Below, one piece after another: positions 54,456 through 64,000 of a stretch of DNA of 64,000 nt. The notes beneath the pieces were generated by a model. It was given only the letters and a program-made list of their open reading frames with translations. It had not been told where the DNA came from and ran no database searches. Source of the DNA: Anaeramoeba ignava BMAN. Taxonomy: Eukaryota > Protista > Anaeramoebae. Every line of letters begins with the position of its first letter. The stretch's first letter is position 1. The DNA is taken from assembly GCA_028826165.1 (NCBI GenBank), contig JAPDFW010000024.1:1-64000 (forward strand), given 5' to 3'. Made by a program: the position numbers and the translations under genes.

Positions 54456-55646
54456 TTAATCTGTTCTGGAATCATTTTGATCCAAATCTGCTAAATATGG
54501 GTAATCTTCCTTAAAAAAATTGAATGCATATTGCTTCTCATTGAATTGATCAAATAATAGAGACCAAGTTTCCAAAGGCTGATCAATAAAATCTTGTGTA
54601 TAATTCTTCAAATTTCGTTTGATCACGCCGAAAGCCATTTCTATTGGATTCAATTCTGGCGAATATGGAGGTAAATAAAAAAACAAAACCCCTTTTTCAC
54701 TTAATAAAAATCGAAGATCGTTATCAATTCCGTGATGAACAGCACAGTTATCTAGGATTAGAACCATATTTGAACGAAGAACAGGTACTAATGAATTTTC
54801 AATAAAATGTAAAAAACAAAGTGAATTAACGGATCTCTGAAAATGATCAACAACAAGAAATCCTTGAGAGCAAAAAGCACATATCGAATTGATTCGATGC
54901 TTTTTATCTCTTGATAGAAAACTACCAAATATATTAGAGCCTTTTTGTGACCATGCATCTGTTCTAGATGCTTTATTTAAATTGACTCCCGTCTCATCTA
55001 GAAAAATTACAGAATCAGCTCCATAAGTAATAAAGATATTATGCATAAGATCAATAAAAGCAAGTTTCAACATCTGATTTTCTTGAGTGAACTTTCTAGG
55101 GCTCCTAAGAGACATCTTCTTTTTAGAGAATCCAAGTTCTGAAGAGATGAATTTATGAAGGGTCGAAATTGAAACGTCAATTTGATATGTGTGGATTAAT
55201 TTATCTTTGATCTCTCTTAAAAAAATTGTAGGAGTCAACTTTAGCTCCTTTTTGATGATTTTTCCTTCATGCTGTGAGATTTTTTTAATTGATGTTTTTT
55301 TTTTCTTATTTTTTTGATCTATCAATATTGTCGTTTCAATCACAGAATTATAAAAAATGACACATAAATGATGTTCATCATTAATTTCGTCAGATCCTTT
55401 TGTTAATCTAATCAATGTTTGTATTAAATAATTCTTTAGTTTACAGATATATGTTTTTCCTTTTTTAAACTCCTTTGCCATTGCTCTAACTGAAGGAATA
55501 TCGTCACCTAAAAGCAAGTATATTAAAATATATTCTGCCAACTCAAATAATATGTCAATAACAATAAGAGGATCATATGCCCTTCCTTTGAAAAAACGTC
55601 CTTTGTTTTGATTGGTTTTGAAATTATCAAAATTTAAATTGCTCAT
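54456..55646 (-). CDS. IS630/Tc1-like DDE transposase (DD36E), intact, 396 aa
   Basis: HTH-like N-terminal half (SVRAMAKEF; VSISTLHKFI..LGFSKKK). Catalytic FLDETG, ILDNCAVH and LPPYSPELNPIE, with 36 residues counted between the second D and E. Confidence 0.93.
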   Translation of the reverse strand: MSNLNFDNFKTNQNKGRFFKGRAYDPLIVIDILFELAEYILIYLLLGDDIPSVRAMAKEFKKGKTYICKLKNYLIQTLIRLTKGSDEINDEHHLCVIFYNSVIETTILIDQKNKKKKTSIKKISQHEGKIIKKELKLTPTIFLREIKDKLIHTYQIDVSISTLHKFISSELGFSKKKMSLRSPRKFTQENQMLKLAFIDLMHNIFITYGADSVIFLDETGVNLNKASRTDAWSQKGSNIFGSFLSRDKKHRINSICAFCSQGFLVVDHFQRSVNSLCFLHFIENSLVPVLRSNMVLILDNCAVHHGIDNDLRFLLSEKGVLFFYLPPYSPELNPIEMAFGVIKRNLKNYTQDFIDQPLETWSLLFDQFNEKQYAFNFFKEDYPYLADLDQNDSRTD

Positions 55647-56184
55647 CTTATAAAAAAATCAAAAAATGAAAAAAAAAGATTAAAAAGAAATAAAAAAATG
55701 AAAAAAAAAATGAAAAAAAAAAAATTAAAAAAAATGAAAAAAAAAATTATTTTTTTCATTATAGTGTATATTAATGTATATATATCTTATAAAATGAGGA
55801 TAAAAGAAAAATGTTGAATAGAATTTCGAAAATTATATTTAATTTGGTTTGATTTGATTTATTTGAAAAAAAAAGGTCAATTTAAAATTGAGATTTTCTT
55901 ATATTTTTTTTTAAATAGAAACCAAATAAATTCAGGAATTAACATCTCTCAAATTATCAATTTTGATTTCATTGATAACAATTTTGGAGATTGTGTTTTG
56001 TGAGAAGAAGAAAAAAAAAGAGAAAGTAAATTTATCTTTGTTTTGTTTTGTTTTGTTTTGTTGTTTTTTATTGAAACGGATTTTCTCATGAAAATCCTCC
56101 AGCATGATTCTGGTTTGTAATATCAAAAGAAAAGAAAAGAAAAGAAAAGAAAAGAAAAGAAAAAAGAGAAAAAAAAAAAATGAA

Positions 56185-57212
56185 CGAAATCTATCTTTGA
56201 TTTCAAAATTTTTTCAATAATTGTGAATTTGATTCCGTTTATCAAGGTTATTCCTTGTGAAATTTTTTTTTCTGAATTAATTTTTTGGATTTTTCATTCC
56301 ATTTTTTGATTTGTTTTTCTGATCTTTTTATTTATCATTCTGTTTCTGATTATTTTGGTGGGAGTTTTCATATTGTTGTTTGTAAATTGTTCTTCTAATT
56401 CTTTATTTTATGGAGTTGGTTTTGTTCTACAAATCTTCAGTTTTCTTCATCTCTAAGAATGTTATTATCTGCTTATGTAAATAATAATATCATTTCAAAC
56501 ATATTATGGATTAATTCTTTTTTTTTTTAGGATATATTTTTCTTCTAACTATTACTTTTATTAGTTGTTTTTCATACTTGAATCGAATAAATAGCTTTTC
56601 TGATTTCATTTCTGGGATGGTTATATGTTGAAAATTTATCAAGAAAAAGAACGATTTCTTCTCTTTGGTTCTAAAAATTGAAAGTATCTTGGATTTTGTT
56701 GTTTCAAATATTTTTTCTGTTTTATTTGTATTTCCCTGATTTCAAATCAGATATTCTTTATTCATTATAATTTTTTGTTAGCTTTCCTAAACAAAATAAA
56801 TTTTTAAAACCATTTCAAATCATGCTTTTTATCATATTTGATGAATTCGTTCTATTTCATTTGTTCCTATTATCATAATTCTTGGATCTAAAAATCCTTC
56901 TGAGTTTTTTTTTTTTGAATGGTTTAGTTTCTTTGTTTTAGAGAATGAGTTTTTGCATGATTTATTTGGAATGATTGGAGAAACTTTTAGATTTCTGATG
57001 AACAACTTTTCCTTCGTATCAGAACTGATTTATCTGCTTGACTTTTTTTTTATCTTCATATTTGAAATTCCGCATTTAGTGTATAGGAGTTTTCCATTAG
57101 ATATTATCATAATATTTGTTATTATGTGTCTCGTTATTTATTTTCTTATCTTTTAGTTATCTTTGATAAGATTGAAAACACTATTTTAGATGATGATATT
57201 TTCTGGAGTTTC
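56185..57212 (-). pseudogene. Decayed coding-like segment
   Basis: ACAG acceptor after the (AAAT)n run, then ETPENIII*NSVFNLIKDN*KIRK*ITRH... with higher GC and many in-frame stops. No family recognised. Confidence 0.35.
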
Positions 57213-57216
57213 CTGT

Positions 57217-57435
<219 letters not shown>

Positions 57436-57800
57436 ATTTAGAAGAAAAAGAAATTATTTTATTTTTTTTTCCTTCTTTTTGGAAGTCATTTCAAAAATGA
57501 TCAAATGGGGTAATCCTCAGGTATATGCAGATTCCCTATTTATTGCCTAAATCAGATAATTTCGATTTTGAAACCTTTTGAAATAATCACAGGATATTAG
57601 AGAGAAGGGAATCATTTTTCACAAGAATATTTTCAAGACAAAAAACCAAATGAAACAGTGAAAGAAAAAAAAAGAAGAATTACTTATAGAGGAACCAAAG
57701 TTGCTGTCTCCTTAAGAAAAAAGAAAAAGAAATCAAAAATCAAATGAAATGATTTCAAGTTTGTTGATTTTTCCAATTATTCAAAAAAAAAATTGAATCT

Positions 57801-60744
57801 TTAATAATTTCTGTGATAAAAAAGAAATTGAATATCTTCTGAAAATTTAAATGGATTTTGCAAAATAGGTTGATATCCATCATTAAACTCCCACCAAGTT
57901 CTATCCATTTCTCTTTTACAAAAAGAAAAAAAATGAGCAAAATCTTCCTTTTTTTGATGAAAAATAATTCCAAATAAAGAATAAGTTGGATTTTCAAGAG
58001 GATCTTGTAAAAATGAAGATAAATCAAGAAATTCATTAGGAATAATTGCAAGAGAGTTTTTGAAGTTTACTTTTTTGATTGGATCATATTCTAACCTTTT
58101 GAAATAAATAACAAGAATTTCTGGAATTTTGGAAATTTTAAAAGAATGAAATGATGCATTTTGTTCATCGCATTTAGAACAAATCCAAGCATTTTCTCCT
58201 ATCATCAAAGATGGTGTAAAATAAATCTCAAGAAGTTGATTTGAAGATATATTCTTTTGTTTAATCAAAGCAATATCTAAACATTGAAATTCATTTCTGA
58301 AATTGATTTGTTCTCCACAATCATCACAAGTAATAGTTATGAAAAATTCTCCTTGAAACATATTACAAATTGACATATTTTGATTCCCCTTTTCTAATTC
58401 TTCTTGTGTAAGATCTGGATCTTCAAGAAAATCTTTTGTTTCTTGTTGAATCATTTCAATTAAACTCATTAATAATTCCATTTCATCTTGAGGTCTAAAA
58501 TTATTCCATTTTTCATTTTTTTTCTGCTAAAGCATCATGAAGAAAACGTAAATCGAAATGATTGTTTGAAGTTTTGAGCATTGTTTCTAAAATAATTGTA
58601 ATAAATCCAATTCCATTTAATTGTGAAAAATTAGTTCTTATCAAACATTGAAGAATTGAAGCAAGATAACAACTATTTCCAATATTAGGAATTACTCGAA
58701 AATTCTAAAAAAAAAGGTTTGAAATATTAAATATGAAATATTAAATATTAAATATTGGATTGAATCCATTTCAAAAATCAAAAAAAATCAAGATTTTTAC
58801 TTTATCAAAAAATGTTCTATCATAGCTTAGAATTTCTTTAGGAAATTTGATAGATTTGCCAATTTCAATTTTCTTTTCCTTTTTTTCTACTTCAATCAAA
58901 TTTAGTTTTTGTTTTTGTTTTAATTTGGAAAGTTGATTCTGATTTAGAAAATTGAGAGGTTGAGATATTGATTTGAGATTTAAGAGTTTTTGATTTGAAT
59001 TGTTTTTGATTTTGTTTTTTTTATTCATTTCTCCTTGTTGTTTTGATTGTGAAATATCTATGTTTTTTCTTTTTTTTTGAGAATTTGTTTGAGATCTTGT
59101 TGAATTTTTCTCATTTGGAATATTCTCGTTATTAGGAATAACTTTTTTTGTTCTTAATAATTTGGGGAATTTAATTCTTTTGTTTGTATCATCCAAAAAA
59201 TCATGTAAAATAATTGAATTATCAGTGAAAATGAAATGATGTTGGTTGTGAAGAAGTGGAATTTTTGGAACATTTTGAATTACTTGAGATTTATCAACTT
59301 CAATAATTATTGGATAAGTTCTTTGTAGTTTTTGAAGAAAAAAGAAAAGATCTAAAATGGAACAGATTTGAGAAACTGATACTTTTTGTCTTGAAATATT
59401 CCCAAAATGGGAATCAGCTAAATTTCTTCCATGATATGATTCAAAATAAACAAGTTCAATTTCTTGAAATAAAGAATGAAATAAATCATAAATTATAATA
59501 GGAACTTGATTATTTTTGAGGTGTCTTCCTCCATCACTAAAAAAAACAACTCTTCTTCTTTGAGTAAATTCTTTTGTTTCAAATTGATATTCAAGAAAAT
59601 TTTTCAAATAACGCAAAGCAGATATAACATAATATTGATCCTAATTAAAATAAATTAAATTTTATTGTTTTGTGTTTTTTTTTTGAAAATAGATAACATT
59701 TTATTGTTATTTTTGTTGATTAAAAAACAATCAAAAAACCTTATGTGAATCTTCTGAGATAAAATCAATATAAGATAATGAATCACCACTTAGAGTAGAA
59801 TTAAATAACCTCCATGATTTCCTTTTATACCATTGTTCTGTTGTCCAATAATCTTGCTTTTGTTGTATATTCATAGCAAAATCTAAAACAATAATCAAAG
59901 TATCAGGATCATTTTTACAACTTTGAAAATAATTTCTAATATTCTTGATATATTGAAGATGATTAATTGGAATAGGATTTTGAGCACATATTCCACATTC
60001 AAAAAATCTTGATTTTCCACATTTTAAAAGAAAAAATTTATTAGAAATGAAGCAGAATTGTTCATAAGATATTCTTGTTGGTTCTTCTTTTTCATTTTCA
60101 TTTTCATTTTCATTTTCATTTTCATTTTCATTTGCTTTGGTTAAAGGAGTTCTAAAATTCATGTGAGTTTGACTTGAAAAAAAATCTAAACAACAAGTAT
60201 CTTCTAAAAGATTATTAATTATTTCAATTTTGATTAAAAAATCTTCTCCTATTTGTTCCATTACTAAATCTCGATGTGTTTTTATCTTTTTAGAACTATT
60301 CAAATGATGAAATTTTGAGTTCAAATGTCTTTCCACTTTTTTTTTTGAAGATGGATGAAATTGAAGATCACATATTTTACATAAAACTTCATTTGATTCA
60401 TCTTTTCTATCTAAACAAGGGCATGTTTCAATAAATTCTTTCAAACTTTCTTGAGGTTGTTTTTTCTTTGTAAAAGAAGAAATTCCTTCCAAATGTAAAA
60501 CAGGTCTTTCATTTTCTTTTTCAATTTGAGAATTTTCTAAAGAAACTAATCCTTTAAAAATTTGAAATCCATCTTCATTTAAAATGAGAATTTTTTGATT
60601 GTTTTCAAAATAGAAAATTTTTGAAATTTGGATTGATTGATCAAAATAAGAACTTATTTTTGATTTGAGATTTTCTAAATTTGGATAAGAAGATAAATTT
60701 AAAAGATTTGATTGATTTTCAAAAATAATTTTGCAAATTTCCAT
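57801..60744 (-). CDS. Three-exon fusion gene: zinc finger + Sola-like DDD transposase/RNase H fold + ubiquitin-specific protease (peptidase C19); one 1-nt frameshift in a homopolymer
   Basis: Exons 60744-59740, 59640-58801 and 58704-57801; phase-0 GT-AG introns 59641-59739 and 58705-58800. Motifs CKIC..HLNSKFH, VLDFAMN, FFSDGGRHLKN, YFESYHGRNLADSHFG. USP Cys box PNIGNSCYLASILQCL, PQDE, CDDC/CSKC, His box IFH..AHF..WWEFND. The T8 run at 58516-58523 is one base too long. Confidence 0.75.
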
Positions 60745-61319
60745 CAAAATAAAAAAAACAATTTCAAAAGAAAAAAAAAAGAAAAGAAGTAAGAAAAATG
60801 AAAGGAATTTTTTTTCAAATTTCTTTTTTAAATGGGAATTCTCATTATCTCAAAAATGTGAAGAAAAAATGAGAATAATCTTTTTTTTTCCAATAAGTTG
60901 TCATTTATGATCCTTATTTGTTTTAATTAAATTTTTAATTGTTTTGTTTTTGAAATTCTTTTTGATCTTTTTAATAAAATTGAATTAAGAAAACAATTCA
61001 AAGAAAGAATAAGAAATTCTCTTTAAAAAACAAAGAAATAAATTAGTTCATCAAAAATAAAAAAATTGATTCAAATCTTAAAATAAGAATTTAATTTAAT
61101 TTAATTTAGAAATATTTTCTACAATAAATGAATTCAAAATGGAAATTTAAATAAAATTATTTGTCTAAAATTGAATTTTTCTATTTACAATCAAGAAAGA
61201 AAAACAAATCAAAAAACAATAAAAAAAAATATTAAAAAAAAAATTTGAACTTGAGGACGAAGAGGATTTTGGGGATTTTTTGTTTGTTCATTTTCTCGCG
61301 TCGCTATTCACTCACATTT

Positions 61320-61720
61320 TATTATTCATTATATAAATCATACTCTGATTCATTTGACTCAGAAGATAAACCAGAATTAGATTCAAGAGATTTAGATAAT
61401 AATGACTACGAAGAATCCCCTCACGAAACTGAATGATGAACTGAAATCAAAATATCTTAATATTGAGTAAGTATTCTCCTTTCTGGTTTAGTTTTTAATA
61501 ACCTAATTTACAAGTGATATCTGGAGTATTTGCCTGGAGAAATTCCTTAAAATAAAACAAAAAAAAAACAAGAATTTTGTTTCAAATCAATTCGAAACAT
61601 TATTTCAGGAGAATACTTGAAATTTAATGGAAGAAAATGGAGATGATTCAAATCATGAAGAAAAAAAAGAAGAAGATCTTCATTTGGATTAAAGTTTGAT
61701 GAGTAATTTCCAAATCAGAA
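61320..61720 (+). pseudogene. Short degraded coding-like fragment (acidic: SDSFDSEDKPELDSRDLDNNDYEES)
   Basis: Coding-like composition interrupted by stops; no family recognised. Confidence 0.25.
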
Positions 61721-62518
61721 AAAATAATTTTCAAAAAGGAAAAAAGAGATGTGATTGAAAAAAAAAATTAATCAGTTGTAAGTAGAAATAGAATGAAAAT
61801 AAGGATTTTTTTTTTGGAAAACCACTAAAATTCTTGATCAATTCATGATAAAAGGAAAAAAGTGGTTTTTTATTTGTTCACAAGTGTTATAATAAAATGA
61901 AATCGAATAAAAAAAAGCAGAAATCAAAAAAGAAATAATGAAATTTAATAAGTAAGAAATTACAAATAGAAAAAATCAACCAATTTTACAATTATATTCC
62001 AGAAAATTGAAAAGAAAAAAATGGGAAACAACTCAAGTCGACAGAAATGAGAAAAGAGTGAATTCAATAGTGATTGTAAAAGAAATTGAAAATTTTTGGA
62101 GCGAAAAATAAAAATTTTAGGAATAAGAATGAATTATTAATTAAATAGATTTAATTTAATATAAATAAAAGAAACAGTATTCAAAGATATATTCTTAATT
62201 GTGTATATTCAGAAGTCAATATGAGCTTGAGAATAAAAAAAAAATTCCTTAAGGATTTGACTGGGAAAAATCACTTGTGGGTTTGATCAATAATTAAAAG
62301 GAAGAGACAATGAAAAAAATTCAGAACTCTGAGTCTAGAAGTTTTTGATATCTAATATGTCTTAATTATTATTAAAAAAAAAGAAAGAAAAAGACCAATT
62401 AAATTGGGTTGATTTTCGGACATTTCAAAAAAATAAAAAAAAAATGAAATAAAAATGAAAAAAAAATGAAAATTTTTTAAAAATTTTTTAAAAAATTTTT
62501 AAAAAATTTTTAAAAAAA

Positions 62519-62544
62519 TGTCCGCACCCAAATAAAAATGACTG
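62519..62544 (-). repeat. Right TIR (26 bp), preceded by subterminal AAAAATTTTT repeats (62468-62517)
   Basis: TGTCCGCACCCAAATAAAAATGACTG|TA. Confidence 0.95.
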
Positions 62545-63790
62545 TAATAATATTTAATTAAATTTAAAGTATAAATTATTTTGAAATAAATTAATGATAT
62601 AAAATATAATTTTATTATTTATTTTCCTTATTAAATAATTAATAAAATAATTTAAACATTTTTAATATAAATTTAATCAAAAAATTAAATAATAAAAATC
62701 AAAATTAAAATATAAAATAATTTATTTATATAATTTATAAAAAGAATTTATTATCTAAATTAATTCAAAATAGATTTTAAAATAAATATAAATTTAAATC
62801 AAAAAAAAATTAAATTTAATTAATTTTATTTCAAAAAAAATAAAATAATTTTAAATAATATTAAATAATAATATTTAATTAAATTTAAAGTATAAATTAT
62901 TTTAAAATAAATTAATAATATAAAATATAATTTTATTATTTATTTTACTTATTAAATAATTAATAAAATAATTTAATCATTTTCAATATAAATTTAATCA
63001 AAAATAAATAATTAAAATCAAAATCAAAAATATAAAATAATTTATTTATATAATTTATAAAAAGATTTTATTATCTAAATTAATTCAAAATTGATTTAAA
63101 AATAAATATAAATTTAAATCAAAAAAAATTAAATTTAATTAATTTTATTTCAAAAAAATTAAATTTAATTAATTTTATTTCAAAAAAAATAAAATAATTT
63201 TTAAATAATATTAAATAATAATATTTAATTAAATTTAAAGTATAAATTATTTTGAAATAAATTAATAATATAAAATATAATTTTATTATTTATTTTCCTT
63301 ATTAAATAATTAATAAAATAATTTAATCATTTTTAATATAAATTTAATCAAAAAATTAAATAATAAAAATCAAAATTAAAATGTAAAATAATTTATTTAT
63401 ATAATTTATAAAAAGATTTTATTATCTAAATTAATTCAAAATAGATTTAAAAATAAATATAAATTTAAATCAAAAAAAATTAAATTTAATTAATTTAATT
63501 TCCAAAAAAAATAAAATAATTTTAAATAATATTAAATAATAATATTTAATTAAATTTAAAGTATAAATTATTTTGAAATAAATTAATAATATAAAATATA
63601 ATTTTATTACTTATTTTCCTTATTAAATGATTAATAAAATAATTTAATCATTTTTAATATAAATTTAATCAAAAAATTAAATAATAAAAATTAAAATTAA
63701 AATGTAAAATAATTTATTTATATAATTTATAAAAAGATTTTATTATCTAAATTAATTTAAAAATGATTTAAAAATAAATATAAATATGTT
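62545..63790. repeat. ~320-bp tandem repeat, about 4 copies; continuation of the unit interrupted at 36485
   Basis: AAAGTATAAATTATTTT at ~62566, 62887, 63237 and 63558. The first half-unit lies at ~36320-36485. Confidence 0.9.
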
Positions 63791-64000
63791 AAAATTAATA
63801 ATGAAGAAATTAAAATTGAAGAAATATTTAGATATTATTATTAAAGAAAATTTCAAATTTTTTTGCTTCAAAAAATGATTTGAAATTGTTGATTTTATTC
63901 AAGAAATAATTATTAAAACAATTTAGAAAATTGAAGAAGATTATTATTATTCAATAGTAAATTATTTTATTTGATTTAAAATTTTTTTTAAATTCAAATT

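Noticed and set aside
56185-57212. TAA/TAG reassigned to Gln
   Set aside because: The intact genes in the window are open under the standard code and end in TAA or TAG; decay is the simpler explanation.

Overview
Extremely AT-rich eukaryotic (protist-like) genomic DNA with short GT-AG introns and no prokaryotic gene organisation. An Anaeramoeba-like metamonad is my low-confidence guess. From left to right the window holds: (1) microsatellites and an orphan ankyrin-repeat 3' exon; (2) AT-rich filler and a ~145-bp satellite; (3) one solitary rDNA unit (16-bp spacer array, 5' ETS, 18S 17366-19631, 5.8S, 28S to ~23598) with AT-rich expansions and a fully rewritten 18S helix 45; (4) tandemly duplicated non-autonomous elements with CAGACATTTTA termini; (5) a ~390-nt structured island with GC-rich ends (34554-34941) of unknown class; (6) a 26,059-bp element (36486-62544) bounded by perfect 26-bp TIRs with a TA target-site duplication and a reconstructable empty site. 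The 26-kb element carries an intact IS630/Tc1-type DD36E transposase, a spliced gene fusing a Sola-like DDD transposase domain to a USP (C19) deubiquitinase, two low-complexity genes, gene relics, a ~183-bp satellite, and a 10-kb array of nine conserved ~290-bp units separated by binary-variant 12-mer tracts. This cargo-carrying giant transposon is the best candidate for an undescribed system. All calls were made by eye; no searches or folding programs were run.
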